From Lysobacterales bacterium (GTDB lineage: Bacteria; Pseudomonadota; Gammaproteobacteria; Xanthomonadales; SZUA-5), in contig JBFWOF010000017.1 in NCBI GenBank assembly GCA_050250665.1, positions 40,076-104,075 of the forward strand: DNA of 64,000 nt, in the 5' to 3' direction. Position 1 is the first letter of the stretch, and every line of letters starts with the position of its first letter. Both the position numbers and the translations under genes were made by a program. The notes below the pieces were generated by a model that was given only the letters and a program-made list of their open reading frames with translations, made no database searches and had not been told where the DNA came from. This document shows, piece after piece, positions 1-9,600 of the stretch.

Positions 1-118
1 TGCCGACATAACCACGGCGCCTGGCGCGCTCGATGTAGACCTCCTGCAGCATGCCGTTTTCCACGAGGGCGACACGCGTTTCGCGCGGGGTGACATTGAT
101 CAGTATTTCTTCGGACAC
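1..118 (-). CDS. rng: Ribonuclease G (CafA), N-terminal fragment; gene continues past the window start
   Basis: Minus-strand translation from GTG at 118 gives VSEEILINVTPRETRVALVENGMLQEVYIERARRRGYVG, the S1-domain N-terminus of RNase G/E. It lies directly downstream of maf, as in the E. coli mre-maf-rng locus. Confidence 0.75.
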   Translation of the reverse strand, partial: MSEEILINVTPRETRVALVENGMLQEVYIERARRRGYVG

Positions 119-295
119 AGTAGGTAATGGCCAGTCTGGATGGTCGGCTTATAACGGAAGCGGGCTCGGGACGGCCACTCGGACAAGTGCATGGAGTCAT
201 GCCACTGCCCTGTGCACTGTAACCGCGATTCGATGAACCTGGAGTGTCGTGGGCCTGAATGAGCCCTGCACCGACCCTGGCATCTACGCCCTTGT

Positions 296-868
296 TCAGA
301 TTAGTCCGACACGCCGCAGCAGCGTAGCGGTCTCGAACAGCGGCAGTCCCATGACGCCAGAATAGCTACCTGCTATGGACTCGATGAAGCAGGCTGCGCG
401 GCCCTGGATCGCATAGGCTCCGGCCTTGCCCAAAGGCTCGCCGGTCGCCACATAGGCCTGCATCTGCGCCTGCTCGATTCTGCCCATGCGCACGTTCGTG
501 CTCTGCAACACCACTTCATCGAAGTTGGGCCCGATCAGGGCAACGCTGCTCAACACCTGGTGCTCGCGGCCCGACAGCAGTTGCAGCATGCGCATGGCAT
601 CCTCGGCGTCCTGCGGCTTGCCCAGGGCCTGACCGTCGACGACAACTTCAGTATCGGCGCCCAGCACCCACGCATCGCCGCCTGTGCAGAGCGCGCACAC
701 TGCCAAGGCCTTGTCGCGGGCGATACGACGACTGTAGTCGGCCGCACTCTCCGACGCGCTCTGGCGCTCGGCGATGTCGGCGACAACCACCCGCGGTTCG
801 ACGCCGATCTGCCGCAGCAATTCCAGACGCCTGGGCGAGGCCGAGGCCAGGATCAGCGACGAGTTCAC
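296..868 (-). CDS. maf: Maf-like nucleoside triphosphate pyrophosphatase (septum formation protein Maf)
   Basis: N-terminus LILASASPRRLELLRQIGV and C-terminal KAGAYAIQG motif are typical of the Maf family. 190 aa. Confidence 0.9.
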   Translation of the reverse strand: MNSSLILASASPRRLELLRQIGVEPRVVVADIAERQSASESAADYSRRIARDKALAVCALCTGGDAWVLGADTEVVVDGQALGKPQDAEDAMRMLQLLSGREHQVLSSVALIGPNFDEVVLQSTNVRMGRIEQAQMQAYVATGEPLGKAGAYAIQGRAACFIESIAGSYSGVMGLPLFETATLLRRVGLI

Positions 869-886
869 TGCAGTCCTCCGGCCAGC

Positions 887-1372
887 TCAACCCACACTGG
901 GGCGGGCGCGGTGATAGGGATGATTTCCGAGCATGCTGACCGCGCGATAGAGTTGCTCGGCCAGAACGATCCGGACCAGCGCATGTGGCAGAGTCAACGG
1001 GCCCAGCGACCATTTCTGGTGCGCCACCATCAGGCATTGCGGTGCCAGTCCGTCAGGGCCACCGATGAGAAAACACAGGTCTCGGCCATCCATCATCCAG
1101 GCCGCGAGGTGCTTGGCCAGCGCCTCGCTGGACCAGGACTCGCCGCGACCATCAAGCGCGATCACCCGCGATTGCCTGGGGATGGCCGCATGCATGCGCT
1201 GACCCTCATCGGCGATCGAGCGCTTGATGTCGATGGTCTTGCCGCGCGGCCCCAGGGCCAGCTCCGTCAATTGCAAGGGCAGCTTGTGCGCCAGGCGCCG
1301 GGCGTACTCATCGAAACCCAGACGCACCCAGTCGGGCGCGCGCTCGGCTACCGTCAGCACGTGGGCCTGCAT
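887..1372 (-). CDS. rlmH: 23S rRNA (pseudouridine1915-N3)-methyltransferase RlmH
   Basis: SPOUT-type sequence ending LPHALVRIVLAEQLYRAVSMLGNHPYHRA. Follows rsfS as in E. coli ybeB-ybeA. Start trimmed to the internal Met (MQAHVLTV) to give the usual ~160 aa; the 208-aa ORF would overlap rsfS. Confidence 0.85.
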   Translation of the reverse strand: MQAHVLTVAERAPDWVRLGFDEYARRLAHKLPLQLTELALGPRGKTIDIKRSIADEGQRMHAAIPRQSRVIALDGRGESWSSEALAKHLAAWMMDGRDLCFLIGGPDGLAPQCLMVAHQKWSLGPLTLPHALVRIVLAEQLYRAVSMLGNHPYHRARPSVG

Positions 1373-1389
1373 GGCCATGGCCTGCCGCC

Positions 1390-2262
1390 TCAGCCCGTTC
1401 GGGCGGTGTGCGGGACATCGCCCACCGTCCACAATCTCTCCAAACCGTAGAACTCGCGCGTGCGCGGCAGCATGACGTGAAAAATGGTGTCCCCCAGATC
1501 CACCAGCACCCATTCGGCTTCGCGCTCACCCTCAACGCCCAGCGGCGAGATGCCGAGATTCTTGGCCGTGACCACCACTTCATCGCTCATGGATTTGACA
1601 TGGCGCGTGGAAGTACCGCTGGCGATCACCAGACAGTCAGTCAGGCTGGTCTTGCCACGCACATCAATCACCAGCAGATCGTTGGCCTTCATGGAATCCA
1701 GGCGGGCAATCACCGCGTCGCGAACGCGCACGTCGATGGTCGGCTCGGCGGCCTTGGCGTTGGATTTGGCGCCGCGCTTGGCAGTGCCGGGGACGGCCTT
1801 GGTCGTGCCTGTCGCAGCCTTGCCGGTTGCTACCTTGCCCGTTGCAGCCTTGCCAGTTGCAGCCTTGCCAGTTGCAACCTTGCCAGTTGCAGCCTTGCCA
1901 GTTGCAGCTTTGCCAGTTGCAGCTTTGCCAGTTGCAGCCTTGGCGGTTGCAGGCTTGGCAGCGGCAGGCTTGACAGCAGCAGGCTTGACAGCAGCAGGCT
2001 TGGCAGCGGCCGCCTTGCGCGCCTTGCTCGCGGCGGCGATGGGCGGGGTTTTGACGTTCTTCTGCGAGATCACCGCCTGCGCCAGATCGGCCTGAGTCAC
2101 CGCAGTGCGTCGCGGCGCTCGGGTTGCAGCCTTACCGGGACCGGAGGCGGACGCCGTGCTGGCGGCATCCTGGGCCTGGTCTTTTGCGCGTGGGCGCGAT
2201 GCTTTCTTGACAGCGGTTTCGATGACAGCCGTATCCAACTTCCGGGTGCGCGTGGTGTTCAA
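1390..2262 (-). CDS. rsfS: Ribosomal silencing factor RsfS with a ~180-aa Lys/Ala-rich repeat N-terminal extension
   Basis: The C-terminal ~110 aa match RsfS/YbeB (VRDAVIARLDSMKANDLLVIDVRGKTSLTDCLVIASGTSTRHVKSMSDEV...GDTIFHVMLPRTREFYGLERLW). TTG start at 2262 is preceded by AGGAGG 10 nt upstream and lies 32 nt after the nadD stop. An alternative GTG at 1731 would give a canonical-size protein. Confidence 0.7.
   Translation of the reverse strand: MNTTRTRKLDTAVIETAVKKASRPRAKDQAQDAASTASASGPGKAATRAPRRTAVTQADLAQAVISQKNVKTPPIAAASKARKAAAAKPAAVKPAAVKPAAAKPATAKAATGKAATGKAATGKAATGKVATGKAATGKAATGKVATGKAATGTTKAVPGTAKRGAKSNAKAAEPTIDVRVRDAVIARLDSMKANDLLVIDVRGKTSLTDCLVIASGTSTRHVKSMSDEVVVTAKNLGISPLGVEGEREAEWVLVDLGDTIFHVMLPRTREFYGLERLWTVGDVPHTARTG
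1816..2010. repeat. 13 tandem 15-bp units inside the rsfS extension (encode KAATG x9, then KPAAV/KPAAA x4)
   Basis: Direct reading: agccttgccagttgc-type units in register from 1816 to 1950, then aggcttgacagcagc-type units to 2010. Confidence 0.9.
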
Positions 2263-2294
2263 TGCGAAGCAGCCTCCTGTGCAATATGACCCGA

Positions 2295-2960
2295 TTATAG
2301 ATCGGACCCGTCCGCGCCGCTGCCCGCGCCGTACCAGCCCTGAGTCTGGATCAGCTCAATCACCGGATCGGGAACCAGAAAGCGCACGTTTCGGCCCTGT
2401 TTGAGGCGGCTGCGGATCAAGGTCGACGACACCGGAAGCGGCGGAATTTCCAGCCGCAGCACCAGTCCCGCGGGACTGCCCGACAACTGCCCCGGCGCCG
2501 CCGTCCCTGCCGAGGCCAGCAATTCCTCGAGCCTGGGGTCGATCAATCCATGCGCATCCGGTCGGCTCAGCACCGCAATGTGCGCCAGTCCGACGATCTC
2601 GCGCCAGCGATACCAGCTCGGCAGACCGGCAAAGGCATCAGCCCCCAGCACCAGTACCAGCGGCTTCTGCTCACCGATTTCTGCGCGTACGCTGACCAGG
2701 GTGTCGTAGGAATAGGAAGGGCCGCGCCGCAGCAGCTCGCGAGGGTCGCAACTGATTCGCGGCAGGCCAGCAACGGCACGCTCCAGCATTTCCAGGCGCT
2801 GTTCCGGGGCAACCGCGGGTCGATCGCGATGCGGCGGCAGCGCACAGGGCAGCAGACGAATCTCTTCGGCATCCAGTGCTTCGCGAGCTTCGATGGCGGC
2901 TCGCAGATGGCCTACATGCACGGGGTCGAAGGTACCGCCCAGCAGGGCCAGGGGTTTCAT
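2295..2960 (-). CDS. nadD: Nicotinate-nucleotide adenylyltransferase
   Basis: N-terminus LALLGGTFDPVHVGHL (HxGH nucleotidyltransferase motif). 221 aa. Lies downstream of holA as in E. coli. Confidence 0.9.
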   Translation of the reverse strand: MKPLALLGGTFDPVHVGHLRAAIEAREALDAEEIRLLPCALPPHRDRPAVAPEQRLEMLERAVAGLPRISCDPRELLRRGPSYSYDTLVSVRAEIGEQKPLVLVLGADAFAGLPSWYRWREIVGLAHIAVLSRPDAHGLIDPRLEELLASAGTAAPGQLSGSPAGLVLRLEIPPLPVSSTLIRSRLKQGRNVRFLVPDPVIELIQTQGWYGAGSGADGSDL

Positions 2961-3976
2961 GCGGCGAAGCGCGCGGCGCGCGCTGGTGGCAGGCTGCCGC
3001 GCAGCAGCCAGCGCTCGATCTCAACCCAGGGATCACCCGCGGCCCGTCCCTTGCACACCAGATCGATCCGGTGGGCTTCGGCCAGACGCTGCGTCCATCC
3101 ACGGCCGAGCGCGCGCTCCATCGCTGCCTGCCGCGGCCCGAACACCCGATGACTGGGCCAATACGCGTGCAGGGACTGTCCGCGGGCCTTGAGTGCTTCG
3201 GCGCCGGCCAAAGCCGTGATCTGATTGATCAGAAAGCCCAGCAGCTCCGCCGGATGGGTGCCCTCCCCGCGCAAACCGGCCAGAATCCGGCGAACCCTGG
3301 ACGCCCGACCTGCAATCACCGCATCAAACAGACCGAAGACGTCGTAGCGGGCGTAGTCGGCAACGAGGTCCACCAACTGTGCGGCATCGATGCTTTGCCC
3401 AGGTGCCAGCAAGGCCAGTTTTGACAGCTCCTGATGCGCCGCCAGCAGATTGCCTTCGACCCGCGAAGCCAGCTCGGCAACGCCGTCGTCACTCAGCGTG
3501 ACGCCGAGTTTGCTGGCTCGCTGCCGGATCCAGTTTGGCAGCTCGCCGGCTTTGAGCGGCCAGATCGGCATCACTGCACCCGATTCTTCGATGGCACGCA
3601 CCCAGGACAGGTTCTCGACAGTCTTGCTCCATTCAGTGGATTGAATCAGCAGGATGTCTTCACCGGGTTCGGCCAGAAATTCAAGGACCGCCGCACTGCC
3701 TTCGGCACTCAGCTTGGTGGTCGGCAGGCGCAGCTCGATCAGGCGGCGGGTCGCGAACAAGCCGAAGGAGCGCACCTCCATGCGCCACTCTGGCCAATCG
3801 AATCCAGCGATGACGTCGAAGACCAGGCGCTCACCTACACCACCGGCCATGGCAGCTCGCCTGAGCTCGTCGGCCGCTTCCAACACCAGCAGCGGCTCAT
3901 TGCCGGCAACCAGGTACGCAGGCAGCAACTTTCCCGCCAGATGTCTGCGCAATTGCTCCGCTTGCGTTATGCGCAT
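2957..3976 (-). CDS. holA: DNA polymerase III delta subunit
   Basis: 339 aa. N-terminus LAGKLLPAYLVAGNEPLLVLEAADELRR is typical of HolA. 4-nt overlap with nadD. Confidence 0.85.
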   Translation of the reverse strand: MRITQAEQLRRHLAGKLLPAYLVAGNEPLLVLEAADELRRAAMAGGVGERLVFDVIAGFDWPEWRMEVRSFGLFATRRLIELRLPTTKLSAEGSAAVLEFLAEPGEDILLIQSTEWSKTVENLSWVRAIEESGAVMPIWPLKAGELPNWIRQRASKLGVTLSDDGVAELASRVEGNLLAAHQELSKLALLAPGQSIDAAQLVDLVADYARYDVFGLFDAVIAGRASRVRRILAGLRGEGTHPAELLGFLINQITALAGAEALKARGQSLHAYWPSHRVFGPRQAAMERALGRGWTQRLAEAHRIDLVCKGRAAGDPWVEIERWLLRGSLPPARAARFAA

Positions 3977-3987
3977 ACGCCGACGGC

Positions 3988-4452
3988 TTAGGCAGCAGCC
4001 AGCGAATCGCTGATCAACTGCTCGATCTGGCCGAGGTCTGGGATGACCGCTTGATCATCGCGGACCATGACATTCATCAGCACGCCTGGTCGCGTGGGCA
4101 TCGATTCGTTCGAGGGCACCATCACTTCTGGCGACAGCGTGGTCAGTCGCGGGAATCCCTGCGCCAGCATGGCAATGTAGGGCATGCGCAAATGCCCGCC
4201 CAGCGCCTTCAGAACCGTAATTCGGGTACCGCGAGAACCTTCATCCAGGGCCATTCCGGCCAACAGCGAAAAAGAGAACAGTGGCAGGCGCCAGCCGCGC
4301 CAGTTGATGCGTCCCATCAACCATTCCGGCGCATTCGGAATCTTTTCCGGATTGGACAGGGTGATCACCTCGGCAACGCTGGCATTGGGCAGCAGGACGC
4401 GACCGTTGGTCACAGGAATCATCAACCCTCGAATTTCAATCTGTTCGTTCAT
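3988..4452 (-). CDS. chpC: CheW-like coupling protein of the Pil-Chp cluster (ChpC-like)
   Basis: CheW-domain-like sequence (RGLMIPVTNGRVLLPNASVAEVI...EWLMGRINWRGWRLPLFSF). Last gene after chpB. Start trimmed to MNEQIEI (154 aa). Confidence 0.7.
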   Translation of the reverse strand: MNEQIEIRGLMIPVTNGRVLLPNASVAEVITLSNPEKIPNAPEWLMGRINWRGWRLPLFSFSLLAGMALDEGSRGTRITVLKALGGHLRMPYIAMLAQGFPRLTTLSPEVMVPSNESMPTRPGVLMNVMVRDDQAVIPDLGQIEQLISDSLAAA

Positions 4453-4525
4453 GATCGGGTTTACTTCCTCAAATTCCTGCAGGCGCCCGGAGCGCGTCCT
4501 CGCGCTCAGGCGCATTAATGACCCT

Positions 4526-6697
4526 TCAGCCCAGAACCTCGAGCACCCGCTCGGCCAGCTGGGCCGGCGTTCCCTCGAACTTGACAATGCCCTGGGCCTT
4601 GGCCGCATCGATCATCGATGCAATCACGCACGATCCGCGATCCTGGGCCCAGACCTGACCGCCGTGGTCGCTGAGGTAGCGGCCGCCTTCGACCGCATCC
4701 GTGCCCATGCCGCTGAACAGGATCAGTGTGACCTGATCGCCGAAGCGGTCGGTAGCGCTGCGCACCAGCTGATCAATGGACGGGCTGTAAGGTGTACTCG
4801 CGGACACCGCGCTGAACTGCAGACTGCCGCTGTCGTCAATGCTGATCTGCTCGCCGGCCGGGGCCACCACGACTTCACCATGGCGCAGCCGCTCGCCGGG
4901 CTTGGGATAGCGCACATTGAGCTTGGTCGCCGAGTCCAGCTGAGCGGCCATCATCTCCAGGAATTCGGCGCCCATATGCTGCGCCACGACAAAGGCTGCG
5001 GCCACATCACCGGGAATCCTGGACAGGAAAGTCTTGATGGCTTCCGGCCCGCCGATGGACGCTCCCAGCACAAAAAGCCGATTGAGATCGGGAAGATTCA
5101 AACCAGGCTGCGATGCGCTGGCCGGCGCCACGAACAGCGTGTCCAGATCGTCTTCGCTGCTGCTGGTGCCGGCTGCAACGTCCATCGCGGAGGTATCTGC
5201 CACCTCCAGATCCAGATCGAAATCGAGTTCGGCGAAACCCAGCTCCGAATCGGCCTCGGATTGTCGCACCGTCCCGGTTTGCTCCACCTCGCCCAGATCC
5301 ATCTCGATGGACGAGAGATCGAGCGAGTCGAAATCATCCACGCTGGGCCCGGGCGACGCAGTGCTACCGGCGTCGTCGTCCATCAAGCGGAAATCAGCCA
5401 GCGCCAGTGAAGCCTCAAGATCGGCAGGGATCGGCGGAGCGCTGTCGGCCTTCGGCGGCTTGACCGGTGCGGCGGGCGTCGGCGGCGCCGCCTTCGGTGC
5501 CGGTCCACCGTCCAGGCGCCATTCGAAGATGGGCTCGGACTCGGATCTGGCCGGCGTCTCGGGCTTGCTTTCCTCCACCGGCTCCAGCGACCAGTTCAGA
5601 GCGTCGCTCATGCCCTTGAAAGCGGGTTTCTCGGCGGGCTCAGACTTGGCGGGTTCCGGCTCTGGCTTGGTTTCGGCCTCGGCCGATTGTGAAGCCTCGA
5701 ACTCCCTGAACATCGCATCCAGGTCAGTCAATTCATCGGGCGCGGCCAGGTTCTGAACGGCAGGCTCTACCTCAGCAGCCGTGGAGAACATCGAATCCAG
5801 CTCATCCAGCGCATCAGACGCGGGCTGCTCCACCGCCGTAACTGCGTCATCGGGCGAGAATGGCTCGTCGAAAAGAGCGTCGAGATCGTCGATCTCATCG
5901 CCCATGGTCAACGAACCTGCGGCGGGCTCGGGCTGAAGGTCGTCGACCGCTAGTTCCAGGGTGTCGGCAAGCCTGGCAGCTGGCGGCGCAGTGCCAACAT
6001 CCTCTACGGATACCTCAAGATCAAGCGTGTCGAGCGAAAATTCCTGATCTTCGGCAAGGCTGCCGGGCAGCTCCTCGCTTTCAGCCTCGAAATTCAGATC
6101 CAGCAGATCAGCCATGCCATCCGCTGACTCCGCAGCGGCCTCTGCCGGTAGTTCGGGCGTGGAGAAGGACAGCTCATCGAAGCCTGGCTCCGCGGCCTCG
6201 GGCCCAGCCTCCAGATTTTCAGGCTCAGCTTCCAGGGCAAAGGACATGTCCGGCATGTCCACTTCAGCCACCTCAGCGGGCGCCTGTGTAACCGTCGGCA
6301 CCACGGGCTTTCTCGACACAGGTACCGGTATGGATTGCGAGCCCGGGGGCGCAGGGGGAGTAACGTCGCTGTTGCCCTTGAGCTTGGCCGAGAGATGCCG
6401 CATCCAGCGCGCGCGATCCCAGCCGCTCAGATCACTGGACGCCGATGGATCATTGAAGATCACCGGGCGCTCGGAAGCATCCAGTGCGTCTGTGACATCA
6501 TCGAGCAGATCCGCGAGGTCTGCATCGAGATTCACGACAATGGCATCGGCGCCGCTGCTCAATATGGCTTGAGCATCAAGCGCACTCGCCTTGCACTCCG
6601 CGGCGATTCGAACCCCGGCATTGGCCAGCGCGGCCTTCAGGGCTGTTACGCCCTCTTCCTGCTCGAACACCAGCGCCACCGTGATCTCAGTGGACAT
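4526..6697 (-). CDS. chpB: ChpB-like protein-glutamate methylesterase: degenerate receiver-like N-domain, ~430-aa acidic linker, CheB catalytic domain
   Basis: The C-terminal ~190 aa carry the CheB esterase motifs GASIGGP, VAQHMG and SGMGTDA. The start overlaps the chpA stop by 11 nt. Confidence 0.8.
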   Translation of the reverse strand: MSTEITVALVFEQEEGVTALKAALANAGVRIAAECKASALDAQAILSSGADAIVVNLDADLADLLDDVTDALDASERPVIFNDPSASSDLSGWDRARWMRHLSAKLKGNSDVTPPAPPGSQSIPVPVSRKPVVPTVTQAPAEVAEVDMPDMSFALEAEPENLEAGPEAAEPGFDELSFSTPELPAEAAAESADGMADLLDLNFEAESEELPGSLAEDQEFSLDTLDLEVSVEDVGTAPPAARLADTLELAVDDLQPEPAAGSLTMGDEIDDLDALFDEPFSPDDAVTAVEQPASDALDELDSMFSTAAEVEPAVQNLAAPDELTDLDAMFREFEASQSAEAETKPEPEPAKSEPAEKPAFKGMSDALNWSLEPVEESKPETPARSESEPIFEWRLDGGPAPKAAPPTPAAPVKPPKADSAPPIPADLEASLALADFRLMDDDAGSTASPGPSVDDFDSLDLSSIEMDLGEVEQTGTVRQSEADSELGFAELDFDLDLEVADTSAMDVAAGTSSSEDDLDTLFVAPASASQPGLNLPDLNRLFVLGASIGGPEAIKTFLSRIPGDVAAAFVVAQHMGAEFLEMMAAQLDSATKLNVRYPKPGERLRHGEVVVAPAGEQISIDDSGSLQFSAVSASTPYSPSIDQLVRSATDRFGDQVTLILFSGMGTDAVEGGRYLSDHGGQVWAQDRGSCVIASMIDAAKAQGIVKFEGTPAQLAERVLEVLG

Positions 6698-9600
6698 TGG
6701 CGTGCCCCGCGGTCAGCGCATCCTGCACGTTCTTCAACAGATCAGTCTCTTGATAAGGCTTGCCCAGATAACGATCCACGCCCACTTCGAGTGCCCGCTG
6801 ACGATGCTTTTCGCCGGTACGCGAGGTGATCATGATGATCGGAATGTGCTTGAGCCGGTTGTCGTTGCGTATGTACGTGGCCACCTCGTAGCCGTCCATC
6901 CGCGGCATTTCGATGTCGAGCAGGATCACGTCCGGCATGCGGTCCTGAAGCTGCTCCACCGCATCCAGACCGTCCTTGGCCGTGAACACATCGATATTGC
7001 TTCGCTCCAGCACGCGCGTGGTGACCTTGCGCATCGTGATCGAGTCGTCGACCACCATCACCAGCGGCTGACGGCGCGGTGCCGGTTCCGGCATCGGCTC
7101 CATCAACTCCAGTTCGGCCGCAAGTTCCGGCGCCTGACGCAGTGCCACACCATGACGAACCAAAGGTGCCAGATCAAGAATGACCACGACCCGACCGTCG
7201 CCCATGATCGTGGCGCCGAAGATGCCGGGCACGATACTGAGCTGGGCACCGGCAGACTTGACCACGACTTCCTTGGAGCCGATGACCTGGGTCACGCGCA
7301 CTGCCGCGCGCTGGTCACCAGTGCGGCTCATCAGCAGCGGCACCTGGGTTTCGTCGATGCCGTGGCTCACCGGTGACCGCAGCAGGTCACCGAGGTCGTA
7401 GATCTGGTAGATCTCACCGCCGTAGTTGATGTCGAGCTGTTTCTGCTCAAGCCGGCGCTCCAGTTCCTTGCGCGGCATCCGCGTCACGCCGGTGATCGAG
7501 GTCATCGGAATGGCGTAGGTCGCCTCACCCAGACGCACCATGACGGCCTGCGCCACGGCAAGGGTAAAGGGCAGACGAATGGTGATCCGGGTGCCTACAC
7601 CCACATCCGAATCCAGCTCCAGCGATCCACCCAGCTGTTTCACCTCGCTGGCGACCACGTCCATGCCCACGCCGCGGCCGGCAACCTTGCTGACTTCGCT
7701 CGCTGTCGAGAAACCGGCTTCCAGCACGAACTGGAAGATGTCGCGGTCGCTCAGCGTCGCATCCGGCGTCATCAAACCGCGCTCGATGGCCTTGGTGCGA
7801 ATGGCGTCGCGATTCATGCCACTGCCGTCATCAGTCACCTGGATCAGCACTTCGGTCGCTTCACGCGAGACCTTGATGCTGACCGTTCCCTCTTCGGGCT
7901 TGCCCTTGCTGACACGGGCTTCCGGCAACTCGATGCCGTGTGCCAGCGAATTGCGCAACATGTGCTCGAAGGGCGCAGTCATGCGTTCGAGCACGGTGCG
8001 ATCCATTTCGCCCTGAGTGCCCTCAACCTTCAGTTGCGCCTTCTTGCCGAGCTCCGACGCGGTCTGTCGGAGAATGCGGCGCAGACGCGGCACCAGACTC
8101 TCGAAGGGCACCATGCGCGTGCGCATGAGACCTTCCTGCAGATCCGAGCTGACGCGGGACTGCTGCAGCAGCAGCGTTTCCGACTGACGCGCAATATCGT
8201 CCAGCAGGTTCTGAATGGAGACCAAGTCAGAAACGGACTCGGCCAGCGCACGCGACAGCTGCTGCAGCGTGGAGAATCGATCGAGCTCCAGCGGATCGAA
8301 TTCGGTGTTGCCTGATTGCTCGGTCTCGCGCTGGAAGCGCGACAGGATCTGCGCCTCGGTTTCCATTTCCAGCTTGCGCAACTGGTCACGCAAACGGCTG
8401 ACGGTCTGTTCGAATTCCACCAGGTTGAACCTGAAGCCACCCATCTGGGCTTCAAGGCGCGAACGATAGATCGAGACCTCACCGGCAAAGTTCACCAGAT
8501 TGTCGAGCAGATCGGCTCGGACACGGATCAGTTCCTGCTGCGCAGCGCGAGCAGCAACCTCGTCCTCATCCAGCTGGGTCCGTCGTTGCGCCCCGGACCG
8601 CGTGGGCGCGCGGGCCGGAATGACCTTGCGCACCGGCGCCTCGGCTGCCACTTCTTCCGAGCTTTCGCCACTGGAGTCTGCGCTTGGTGTGGGCTCTGCG
8701 GCTGCAGACGCCTCGGCCGCTTCTGCAGCGGCTGCGCCCATCTCAGCGACTTCGGCGTCGAACTCCGCCTCCCGGCCTTCAAGGATGGCTTCGAGTCGGG
8801 CAATCGTATGTTCGGGGAGCGCAATGGCCTGGCGCACCTTGACCCGCTGAACCATGCCGTGCAGTCGATCGAAGGCTTTTTCGAGGGCGTCAATCGAGGC
8901 CCGCGACGCCGCCCGCTCACCATGGACGATGGACTCGAACAAGGATTCCATGGCGTGACTGAGGTCGCCGACCGGATATAGTCCGGCCATGCGGGCACCG
9001 CCCTTGAGCGTATGCAGATCACGCTGCAGTGCTGCGACTGGCTCACGATCCTCCGGATTCTCACGGAGTTGTGCCATGGCACTGTCGGAGTGGTCCAGAA
9101 TATCGACCGCCTCCTCGACAAAGATGTCGAGCAGATCCATGTCCATATCGGGCAGGTCGAGCGGTCCTTCGGGATCCACATCTCCGGCGAAAGCCATCGC
9201 GTGGGCCGCCGCAACTGCAGTCTCCGCAGCCGCAGCGATGATCGCCGGCTCGGTCTCGTCCGCCTTCTCAACCGGCTCTGCTGCCAGTTCGGTCACGTCT
9301 GCGTCAGCCGCGACTTCGGCCTCGGCGTCCTCAGCCAGATCCGGCGTCAAGGCTTCATCGGACTCGAGGGCCGGTTCGTTGTTGTCATCGGCCAGATCAA
9401 GGCCGTGATCCGATGGCTCAGCCTCTTCCTCCGCCTGCTCGGCGACCTCATTGAGGGATTCAGCCGCTTGGTCGGAAAGCTCATCGACTTGACTGGAAAG
9501 AGCATCTACCTCGCCAGCAAGCGCATCGGCTTCATCCGAGGGCTCATTCACATCGCTGGCATCCTCTGCCAGCATCGAAGCCGTGAGCAGGTCGTCCGTT

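Noticed and set aside
887-1513. 208-aa version of RlmH starting at 1513
   Set aside because: The extra 47 residues would overlap the rsfS 3' end and have no counterpart in RlmH. The internal Met at 1372 gives the canonical length.
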